Virus record (IMG/VR): IMGVR_UViG_3300043424_000108
Span: 17,370 to 81,369 of that record
Direction: 5' to 3' (one strand)
DNA: 64,000 nt
Source of the DNA: a virus
Position numbers and translations under genes: made by a program. Shown here one piece after another: positions 8,796 through 18,400 of the stretch; position 1 is the stretch's first letter; each line of letters starts with the position of its first letter. The notes under the pieces are model-generated. The model had not been told where the DNA came from and did no database searches. It saw nothing but the letters and a program-made list of their open reading frames with translations.

Positions 8796-9074
8796 ATGGA
8801 AGATACAAGCGCACCACAAAGAGAGTTGACACTTGGAGAAAAGAGATGTCACATCAACTTCAACCCATCAAGCGATGACAAGATTGGAACATTCAAACGT
8901 ATGATGGCGGATGCTATTGACTTTTGCGAAAGAGAAGTAATGCTATCAAGAAGTTTAAATACATTAACTTCTGATGAATACATGGAGCAAGTAAGATGCT
9001 TTAAAATTGCCCAAGAGCACTTGGAAACAGCACAAATGTATGCAGTAAAAGGAATCGCCAAAGGATTAAAATAA
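8796..9074 (+). CDS. Small helical-hairpin protein, Acb2/Tad1-like candidate
   Basis: LGEKR....FNPS...K...AD.ID and C-terminal R...IAQEHLETAQMYAVK. Confidence 0.5.
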   Translation: MEDTSAPQRELTLGEKRCHINFNPSSDDKIGTFKRMMADAIDFCEREVMLSRSLNTLTSDEYMEQVRCFKIAQEHLETAQMYAVKGIAKGLK

Positions 9075-9081
9075 AAAAGAT

Positions 9082-9405
9082 ATGTTATTCTACTATACAG
9101 AAAAAGAAAAGATCGAGAATGGTGAAGAGATGGAACTCATCGTTAAGAAAGGTTTCTCTTTTGACCTCAACAAGGTGTTGATGACCTATCCTACAGAGAA
9201 TGGATTGGCTATTGTTCTTGAGGGAGCAGCAGACAAACTTAACCCTGTAGACTATCAATACAAAATTGATCCTGCAACTAAGCAAAAAGTTCCAGTAAAA
9301 ATCACTAAATTTGAAATCACAAGTGAGCCTATCGTAGTTGAGTTAAAGGTAAAGGAAGAGATTCTTGCTTTCTTTAGCTTGACAGGAGGACCACAAGCGA
9401 TCTAA
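9082..9405 (+). CDS. Hypothetical protein, last gene of the + arm
   Basis: 107-aa ORF followed by a terminator. Confidence 0.65.
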   Translation: MLFYYTEKEKIENGEEMELIVKKGFSFDLNKVLMTYPTENGLAIVLEGAADKLNPVDYQYKIDPATKQKVPVKITKFEITSEPIVVELKVKEEILAFFSLTGGPQAI

Positions 9406-9443
9406 TAGTTTTAGTTTATTTAGTTTTAGTTTTTAGTTATTTT
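9406..9443. repeat. Degenerate TTTTAG tandem repeat
   Basis: TAGTTTTAGTTTATTTAGTTTTAGTTTTTAGTTATTTT. Confidence 0.7.
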
Positions 9444-9455
9444 ACCAACCAAATG

Positions 9456-9484
9456 AAAAGGGGCTCTTAATAGGGCCCCTTTTT
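9456..9484. terminator. Bidirectional intrinsic terminator between convergent genome arms
   Basis: AAAAGGGGCTCT-TAAT-AGGGCCCCTTTTT. Confidence 0.9.
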
Positions 9485-9497
9485 ATTTAAAGTCTTA

Positions 9498-9728
9498 TTA
9501 AAGTCTTATCACTCTCGGATACTCTAGTCCTACTGCTAGTATGACATCTAATCCGTATATACTTTCTATTGTGACATCGTCCTCTTCCTCTACTCCCATC
9601 TCTATGAGCAAGTCTTCGAACTGCTCTTCGGTAAGTAGGACTGCATTAGGCCTCATTGCCTGACCATCCTTCTCTGAGTCTAGATAGAACTGATTTATTA
9701 ATTTGTCTATATCTGCTAGGGTAATCAT
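9498..9728 (-). CDS. Small acidic hypothetical protein
   Basis: 76-aa ORF ending at the terminator. Confidence 0.6.
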   Translation of the reverse strand: MITLADIDKLINQFYLDSEKDGQAMRPNAVLLTEEQFEDLLIEMGVEEEDDVTIESIYGLDVILAVGLEYPRVIRL

Positions 9729-9735
9729 CTTATTT

Positions 9736-11058
9736 TTATTTAAAGCGAATATAAAACGAATAAATCGAATCCGTATCTTTTTCTACTAAATCAAAGGAAA
9801 CTCCTGGGTATCCAGGGCCAAAGTTGTTCATAATCCACTTAGAAGAGCCATACATAGACAATACATTACGGTATCTAAACTTATATGCTTGTTGCATACT
9901 CTCAGTATGTAGGTCTCCTTTTACTATAGAGATATTTTTATTCTCTCCTAAGTTATGGTGGTCGATGTACTTATTAAGGAAGTTTTCTGCTTTCTCGTTT
10001 AAGAAAAGGGGAAGACCATGCTTAAGATCTTCCGAATCTTTTCCATGAGTAAAGATAAACGTATGTTTGCCATAGTCAAAATGTTCTAAGAACTTCTCCA
10101 TTATCGTTACCTTGATGAATGGATAAGCTGTGTTTAAGTATAAGTTTAACGCTTGATTAGTAATGTAACCAAAAGAACCTGCATGGTTATCGTTAGTTTG
10201 CATTACTGCGTGGATGTTATTTGCTAAGTTTTTCTCTACTAAAGTGTCGAAGAATCTCTTATGAGCATAAAGGTAAGTCATAAAAGCTTCTTTACTGTCC
10301 ATATTCTGAGGTAACTGGTGACCACCTCTAGTAGTGTAGCCATTCCAACCATCTAAAGAATCTCCTAAGTCACAAATAAACAAGTCTTGTAGTCTTCCAT
10401 AAGTCCTAACTTGCTTCTCTATCTCTTCTAGAGTTCTATTCATCCTTTCTTCGAAGACATTCTCATTGTATTCGTTACCATAAAGAGCAGTAGGATGTGT
10501 AAGTGCACCTACATGTTTGTCACTCATGTATACAAATAAGCCTCTATTAGTGCTTACAAGGGCTTTCTTAGGTGTTGGATATACATTGATGCCAGACTCT
10601 AAGAAAACTTCTCTTAGAATGCTTTCTATGTCGTCATTAAAAGTATCCTCAGGCTTTATATGAGCAAATAAGGCTGACACTAGCCAGCCTGAACTCTTTT
10701 CTTTACTCCAATATTGAACTAACTTCCACTTAGTAGTGTCTATCTTGTGTATCTTAACTATCTCTTCAGGAGATCTAGGTTGTTCGGATACTAGTTTAGA
10801 TACTTCTAACGTACCTTTTTCTAGGTTTTCATTATAGGTACTTACAGAATCGGAATTAGATTGAGAATTATCTGGATAAGCATCCTCTCTTATAAGTTTA
10901 GCTACGGCTGTTCTTTTTAAGTCACGAACTTTTTTGCCTCTTAACTCGTTACTTAGTTCTGGGCAGAAGTTAAAACGGATAGCAACTTCAACAGCTGTCT
11001 CAGTTGTGTTTGGATTATCCATATAGTGACGGATAATCTGTTTAGAGATTGGCATCAT
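9736..11058 (-). CDS. Calcineurin-like metallophosphoesterase
   Basis: SDKHVG, LGDSLDG, NDNH, THG and GDLH metal-binding motifs. Confidence 0.85.
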   Translation of the reverse strand: MMPISKQIIRHYMDNPNTTETAVEVAIRFNFCPELSNELRGKKVRDLKRTAVAKLIREDAYPDNSQSNSDSVSTYNENLEKGTLEVSKLVSEQPRSPEEIVKIHKIDTTKWKLVQYWSKEKSSGWLVSALFAHIKPEDTFNDDIESILREVFLESGINVYPTPKKALVSTNRGLFVYMSDKHVGALTHPTALYGNEYNENVFEERMNRTLEEIEKQVRTYGRLQDLFICDLGDSLDGWNGYTTRGGHQLPQNMDSKEAFMTYLYAHKRFFDTLVEKNLANNIHAVMQTNDNHAGSFGYITNQALNLYLNTAYPFIKVTIMEKFLEHFDYGKHTFIFTHGKDSEDLKHGLPLFLNEKAENFLNKYIDHHNLGENKNISIVKGDLHTESMQQAYKFRYRNVLSMYGSSKWIMNNFGPGYPGVSFDLVEKDTDSIYSFYIRFK

Positions 11059-11069
11059 AGGCTTGGTGG

Positions 11070-11429
11070 TTAAAATATTAACCCTATGGTTAACAAAGCT
11101 ATAGCAATTAATCCGCCTTTCAAAACATTCTTCAATGTTTTTATAGTTTCTGCTTGAGATTTAACCTTAGTATCCAAGCGAACTATCTCTACCTTAGCTG
11201 TATCTAGGGCCTTTTGGTAGTTGGGAACTATAGAATCTTTATAATAATGTAGTTGGAGACTGTCTGCTTTGACAATCTTCTTTAGACTAACTACTCTTTC
11301 ACGTGCTTGAATTCCTTTTATGAACTCATTATTCAACTCCTTTAGCGGTAAGCTGTCTAGAGATTGTGAGTAGATACTTTGTGCCGTCAATGTCAGGCAT
11401 AGTGTCAATAGCAATCTGAATTGTGTCAT
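11070..11429 (-). CDS. Exported coiled-coil protein with C-terminal hydrophobic anchor (spanin-like)
   Basis: N-terminal signal-like segment, heptad region, GGLIAIALLTIGLIF tail; overlaps the upstream gene by 101 nt. Confidence 0.5.
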   Translation of the reverse strand: MTQFRLLLTLCLTLTAQSIYSQSLDSLPLKELNNEFIKGIQARERVVSLKKIVKADSLQLHYYKDSIVPNYQKALDTAKVEIVRLDTKVKSQAETIKTLKNVLKGGLIAIALLTIGLIF

Positions 11430-11646
11430 ACTTTAAGGTGATTTTTTCATAGTTGTGATACTCTTCGTGCTTGATATGCTCCAGAGAGTCTATCTTTTCA
11501 AAGTAAGTATCGTTGGCTTTATCTATAGAATCTATAAAAGATATTACTTGGTTAGTGTCTTGCTCTTGTACATATTCGTACCTATAAAGCAAGTATACAA
11601 TAACAAAGAAGAAGATAAAGTTAAGTTTAATCGAGAGGTTTTTCAT
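11329..11646 (-). CDS. Membrane-anchored helical protein (i-spanin-like)
   Basis: N-terminal TM FIFFFVIVYLLY plus helical domain, directly after the holin. Confidence 0.5.
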   Translation of the reverse strand: MKNLSIKLNFIFFFVIVYLLYRYEYVQEQDTNQVISFIDSIDKANDTYFEKIDSLEHIKHEEYHNYEKITLKYDTIQIAIDTMPDIDGTKYLLTISRQLTAKGVE

Positions 11647-12049
11647 CGTGGTTGAATTTATGTCTGTCTATCTTTTCTAAAACTTGAGATAGTACACTGT
11701 TATCTATAATTCCTACTGTGTGTGCATTTTTAAGTGCACTAATCAATTGGAAAATAATAAAAGGAGCACAAATAGTCTCACTTAGCCAAAATGTACCATC
11801 AAATCCTTTCTCCACTAAGAGAACTACAGATAGTATTACTACCCAACCAACCAAAGTTTTAATAACTTTTAGTGCCTTACGGGTTTGAAAACCCTCTTTC
11901 TTAGTTCCTGCCCATACACCAAAGAAACCATCCAAGCTAACAACAGACACTATAGCTAAGAACTGCTCGAAGTTATCAGCAGTCAACTTTAAAAAATATG
12001 TGCCTAAGAAGGCACATATTGTAGTGAAAGCTATTAGAAGGGTTTTCAT
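11627..12049 (-). CDS. Phage holin (holin_4-like)
   Basis: Several TM segments; LDGFFGVWA......F.TRK, QLISALKNA..VG. Confidence 0.75.
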   Translation of the reverse strand: MKTLLIAFTTICAFLGTYFLKLTADNFEQFLAIVSVVSLDGFFGVWAGTKKEGFQTRKALKVIKTLVGWVVILSVVLLVEKGFDGTFWLSETICAPFIIFQLISALKNAHTVGIIDNSVLSQVLEKIDRHKFNHDEKPLD

Positions 12050-12387
12050 TAAGCGTTATAAGCGATTACAGAACCTGAAGAAAGTGTGATAGAGGAGATA
12101 GTTGTACCTTTAGCTACGCTAACCTTCATTGTTGGAGCCAAAGTAATCCCAGACAAACCTAGTGTAGTCATAAGACTATTACCATCTTGATCTAAGATTG
12201 CTGTAACTACAGCAGATGCGTTTACTACAAAGTACTGAAAGCTTCCTGTAACAGGAGAAGTACCTGAGATAACCTTGCTACCGTTCATACCTGCCTCGGC
12301 AGTTACGCTAGCGTTGATGCAACAAAGTTGCCCTTCGATGTGGCGAAGTTTCTTTGATTGTTCTCTGAGAATGTCATGTGTTTCCAT
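12049..12387 (-). CDS. Hypothetical, probably structural protein
   Basis: Beta-rich C-terminus TISSITLSSGSVIAY; promoter upstream. Confidence 0.55.
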   Translation of the reverse strand: METHDILREQSKKLRHIEGQLCCINASVTAEAGMNGSKVISGTSPVTGSFQYFVVNASAVVTAILDQDGNSLMTTLGLSGITLAPTMKVSVAKGTTISSITLSSGSVIAYNA

Positions 12388-12433
12388 AATAATTATCTTT
12401 TACGACTTTAAGTCCGACCTAAGTCCGTTTACA

Positions 12434-12463
12434 CAAAAATACTTTTATTTAAAATAAAGTCAA
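12434..12463 (-). promoter_or_regulatory. Bacteroidota-type promoter for the lysis cluster
   Basis: TTG(AC)-N19-TATTTTTG on the - strand. Confidence 0.7.
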
Positions 12464-12464
12464 G

Positions 12465-15400
12465 TTATTCTTCTTCAGGTTCAGGAGTAACATCTAATCC
12501 CCTCCTATCTCCTAATAGATTCATAAATGGATAAGCAATAGGACTTGATTCATCTATTTTACCTGCCTTGATTCCTTCTATTCTTTTCTTATAATTATCT
12601 CTTAAGGTCTTAAGTTTGTTGTTTACACTTTCTGGTACTCTTTCTCCTCTAGAAACATACTTAGCAGTTTCTTCTTGAATCTCTTTAAGTTGTTTCTTAA
12701 ACAACTTTTTTTCTTGAGCTAAGCGAGTTCTAGTAGGCATAATCTCTAATCCTTCGTAATCTTTCTTATACCTAGTCCTTAGTTCTTTAGTATAAGTCTT
12801 AGGAGCGTAGTCATTGAATGCTCTGTTTTGAAATTCTACTGATTTAGGTCCAATAAAAGCTCCTTTAAGCCCTAAGAATTCCATACCCAATACAGCCAAT
12901 CCCATCTCACCTGCTTGCATAGGGTGTGTTCTATCCCAGTCTACTTTATTAGAGTTAGGGCGATACTTGTAATACGGATCTGTAGAGTAGAGATCACCGT
13001 CTGTAACAAACTTTCTCCAAACACTGAAGGGTCCCATAGCAGCCCAACCTATCTTCTCAAAGATAGATACACCGTTTGCTTGCTCGGCTACATAAGTAAA
13101 CATCATTTCATTTATTCCCCACCCAGTAAATACTCCTTCAGCTTCGTTAGCTGTTCTTTTTGCACCTAAACACACATAGTCTTTCCAATCTGATTCAGCA
13201 TCCTCTTCGCAATTCAAAGCCAATGACATCTGTACAATTAAATTTGCTAATACTGTATAGGTAGCTAACTGAACGGCAAACTGCTTTAAGCCTGCTTTTT
13301 GTGTGTCAGAACTATACTTCCAGGTATTATACATTCTACCTTTGTCAAAGTAAACTGTATCCATTAAGAAGTTTAAAGCAGCCCTATGAGAACCAATAGT
13401 TTTAATACCTGCTCCATAGTGAATAGTCTCAGAACCCCAAGTAGACTTAAGATCTGGAATAACCCATTTCTTCAAGAACATAATAGATCTAAACCAAGCA
13501 TGTTTAGCCATAGTAGGCTGTGCCTCTAACGAGTAGATACCTTGTGCTCTTTCATTAGCTAATTGTATTTCTTTTCTAACTCTCTGTACAAACTCAAAGC
13601 TTACATCTACACTAGGCTTAGGCTGAATAACTCCATCTCTAAGTTCGAAAGCATCTTTCAACCTAATTGTTTCTGTGCTACCTTTTACAGGAACTCTATA
13701 CTTATTTAAGAAAGCATAAGTAGTTACTGCAGCAATATCAAATTCAGTAAAGTCCCTGAGAGTAGAGACAGCTTTCCAAGCTTTACCGTACTTAGCAAGA
13801 CCTTTGTTGTTAATCTCACTTGCCTGGTTAGCTAACGCCTGAGTACCAGTAAAATAATCTACTAGAGATACACGGTAACTTTTAGCTCCAAACTGATTAT
13901 AAGTTAAGTAAAACTCTTTGCTAATACCCGAGGTATCTCCGTGAGCCCTTACCAAGTCTTTAGCAGTAATGTGGTAAAATCCTAATTGAGAAAGAATTTT
14001 AAGGTGACCACTAATCCAGTTTTGTGGGAGACTCATTAAGTTAAATCCTAATGTCTTGAATCCTGCAACATTACTTACTCCTGAGAATAGGCTATTACCT
14101 ACTCTTAAAGCAACAGAGTTGTTTTTATCTTCTAATACTTTGCCATAAAGTTCTCTATCAATCAAATCTGCAATTACTTTAGAAGCACCTGATTCTTCTT
14201 TACCTGCTGACATTACTTCTTCCATAGTAAGAACTGTTGACTGGTACTTACGCATTACTTTAAATCTCTCAGAAGAGGTAGCGTAAGAAGCCATAGCAGT
14301 CATAATATCGTAAGACTGTTCTTCAATGGGAAGAGTACGTGCATAACGATTAAATAGTCTACGGGATTCCCTTGTTACGGGATCTCCAAAGGCATCTGTT
14401 TGATAAGCGTCTCCGTAGATATCGTCCTCGTCTGAAAAAGAATCTCTGTCTCCCTTAAAGTAACTTAAGATATTCTTAAAGAATTGCTTAACTATATTGG
14501 CTTTAAGTTTTATTAGATCTACAAACTCACCCTTTGTTTTACGCATTCCAGGAATCAAATCTCCTAGTTTGTCTTTTTGATAAAGGTTCTCTTGGCTACG
14601 ATAATGAAGGACTCTCATACGTTCTAACAGTTGTTTCTGTGTAGAAGTAAGATTGTCATAGTTACTATTATAGTACTCGCCTCCTGTAACCTCTTTAAAT
14701 GTAATTTCTTTTGGTTTGTATTTAGGATTCTTAAACTCTGGCCTAATTACAGATTTATACCAAAGACTTGAGGGTGCATCCTTTTCTATGTAGTTAGGAT
14801 TGTTAGGTCTAGTTACCCTCCACATAAATAAAGGTTCAACTACCTCCTGAACTACTCTAGTCTCAGGATTAAATCTAAACTTAGTTATGTGGTTGTTTTG
14901 ATACCATACAGAATTCTTGTATCTGGCCTCTACTATTTTTTCTATAGACTGTGTATCTAAGTCTGGATTCTCTGTAGTTACTTGAGTACGAATAGAGTCT
15001 TTTTGGTTTCTTACAGCACTCTCATAATACTCAGAATTAACGTTACTCTGTAGATCTTGTAGCTTTTCGATAAGAGCACCTAGTTTACTTTTAGTATCTT
15101 TATCTAGAGGGCTATCTTGCTTAAGCAAAGATTTGATTTCCTCAATCTGTAACTCTAGTTCTTTTGCCTTAACTACTTGTTTATCAGTAACTTGTACAGG
15201 ATCGTAAACACCATTTCTATCCTTAGTTCCTAACAAAAGATTAAATAGACCAGAGTAAAGATCTTGCATAGAACCCCTATTACTTAGTAGACGTTGGATA
15301 TCATCTAAGATAATTTGTCTAGTGTCGTAGAACTCTTGTGTATAAGTAGTACGTGTGTGTACTGAAGCCCACTTATTGTAAGCATCTTGTGTGATTAAGC

Positions 15401-18400
15401 CTTTTGCTAAGTCTGCTTTCTTGCTAGCGAGCATCTTCTCGAATACAGCCCTACTATCATCAGTGAGAACAAAGTTCATGACTTCAGCATTTCTCTTTGT
15501 TTCTTTCCACTTTTGAATAGCAATAGCATCTTCGTATGCTTTACCTGTTTTCAGTTCTCCAGCCTCATCGTAGATTCTTTCTAGCTCGTAGATTTCTTTC
15601 TCTTTCTCTTTAAGTCTCTCGATTGTATGTTCGTCTATCTCTCCAGTACCAAACTCTTCTCTGATAGCACCAATTTCTTGATAGATTCTGTTTCTTTTTT
15701 CTTTTACGTCATCTGGTAACAGCTTTTGAATAGCATAATACTCATCTGTAAAAGGACGCTCTGTATACTCTTCGTAAAACTTCTTAAGATCCTCTTCTGC
15801 TTTATTTCTTATCTCCTCTGTCTCACCATACTCTACAAGATAATTAAGTTCAGTAGCCCTGTTTCTAAGTTCGATTGTCTTAATCTTTGTATTAAGGGAT
15901 ATAACTTTCTTGTCTTTTACAAGTTTGCCATCTATTACTTCATACAGTACAGTCTCTCGAATAAAAGGCTTATAGAAGTTTTTAGTATCCATAGCAGAAC
16001 CAAAGAAACTTCCTTCTGATGCCGCAATGTCATCCATAAGATCTTGCCAATCTCTTGCAATAGGCTTTAAGTTCTCTTGAAACTCGTTATTAATACCTCT
16101 AATATAGTTAGCAATAATCTGTACGCTAGGAGTCTTTGTAGACATTGCTGACTCCCAAGCAAGATACCAAGGAGAGTTAGGATCAGCTAAGAACTTTTTA
16201 ATATTCTCGGGAGTAGGAATACTCTCTGCCTTTTCTTTTTCTAACTCCGCAATTCTTTTTGCAATAGCAGGAGTTTGTGTACGAGACTTAAGTTTAGCAA
16301 TATCAGAATCAAACTGAGCTGCAATATCTACTGCTTGTTGAGATAGACTATCTGCTAATTCATTAAATACAGGAGCCTGTATATTAGTTGCATGATCTTC
16401 TTTAATAGTGTTGATAGCAGTTTTAATCCAAGAAAGATTCTTTAAGAAAGCGTCTTTCTGAACTTCTGCCCTATACATTTTCTTAAGGACACTAGTGTCA
16501 AATAAAGATTCAATCTTTTTAACATGCTTCTCGATAGCTAAAGCTTGCTTATAGGTTCTATGAAGATCCCCTAACTTCTTACCTGAAGGTATATTAGGAT
16601 CATTCAAAATGTTATCTAAGTGACGAATCAGTCCCTGTAGATAAATAGAATTGTATTCAAGATAATCAGCCAACTCTAGAACAGATGCAGCTACATCTTC
16701 TTTTGTTAGTATGTTCTTTACCTGCTTAATAGCATCTAGAGATCTTTGTAGGGACTCATTTCCTAAGCCAAGAAATCTATTGGTATCTAAGATCTTTTTA
16801 AACTCAGAGTCACTAATAGCTGAAGCAATTTTTTGAATCTTCTCTGCATAGGTTTGGAATTCAAACTGTCCACCAGGAGTAGTTACTACATACTGAGTCA
16901 AAGCATCTACTTGATCTTGAGGAACTATACGTTGGAACATATAGTCTTCGATTGCAGAGTTTGTAGGAATCACCTCAAACAAGTTAGAGGGATTAACAAG
17001 AGACTCCACTAAATTAGACATATTACTAATAGGAGTAACTCCTACTTTAAATGATCTAAGCAAAGACTTAAACCAATCAAAGACTTTATCAAACAAACTT
17101 CTATTAGCTTTAGTAACCGCTTGTCTACCTAACTCAGTTACAATAACCTCTTCCCAGAAAGATTCGCTTCCTACATAATCAGGATAAGCGTCTTCTACAA
17201 AAGAGTAAGCAGATGATGTGGGGGATTCTTCGTGTAATCTTTTTACCTCAGCCTTAAGCTGTTCAAATAACTCAGGATTAGATTCTCTAATACCTCTAAC
17301 TACAAAGTGTCCAAATTCATGCCAAGGGGTATCTTCCTGAATAAGTTCAGGATTAAGTTCAATCTCTCCTGTAGATAAGTTAACTCTAGCGGCCTCTGCA
17401 ATTTCGTTGTTCCACTTCCAAGTTACTCCAGGGAATCTAGAAGCAAGTTTATCTAACACCTGTCCATAAGCTTTTATCTTAGGATCTTTAAGTGCTTGTT
17501 TTAAACTAAAGTTCTTTTGGAACATTAATCCATTCAAAGGAAGTACTTCTCCATCAATCAAAAGTTCATTTGCTGATTGGAGTTTTTCCATAATAGCTGC
17601 TTTTTCTTTTCCTAGATTCTCTTGGATCTCAAACAACTCCATTTCAGTTCTCATAGACTCTTCTTCTAGAGTCTCAACTGCTTGTAGGAAAGGAATAGTA
17701 TAACTACCATTCAAGTCAAATTCAATTAAAGTCTGTCCATCAGACAACTCTCTTACGTATGCAGGAGGATTAGAGTATGCTAAAGGAAACATTGCATTGA
17801 TGTTTTCTTTTAATCTAACTGCGTAGTTATAAAGTGCACCAGGAGATTTAACTCTCTTTGTCTCAGAAAGATAAATTTTGTTTCCTTCTACTCGAACAGA
17901 GTCAAGACCTTGAATAGCTGGAAGTATTTCTTGGAAGTGTTTAGAAGCTACGTAACGCTTCTTCTCTTCCATTGACATGTTCCAGTACTCTGGACTAGTT
18001 TGAATGCCTCTAACAAAGTCGTATTGTCTTTCTAAACGAATAAATCTATCAGATACAAACTTTGCATCCTTCCTACTAAACATAGTAGTAGGCATTACAT
18101 TACTAGCTACAAACTTTTTAAATCCTGCTATGTCTTGTTTGTTTCCTAGTATGTGAACTTGTTCATCTTGATTTACAATGTAAATAGTTTTTTCACCAGC
18201 ATCATTATTTGTTAAGACAGTATCAAACTCTTGAGTATTAGTTAAATAGTTATTAAGTTCTTTTAGTTTACTTTCTTTTATATGCTCTGTTAATGGTTCC
18301 CAACCAGAATTGCGTTCAGAAAATTCAGTGGCTTCTGCTAAAGTAGGAAATACTTCTATTTCTACCACTTCGCCTATAAATTCTAACGCAAACTTTGAAT

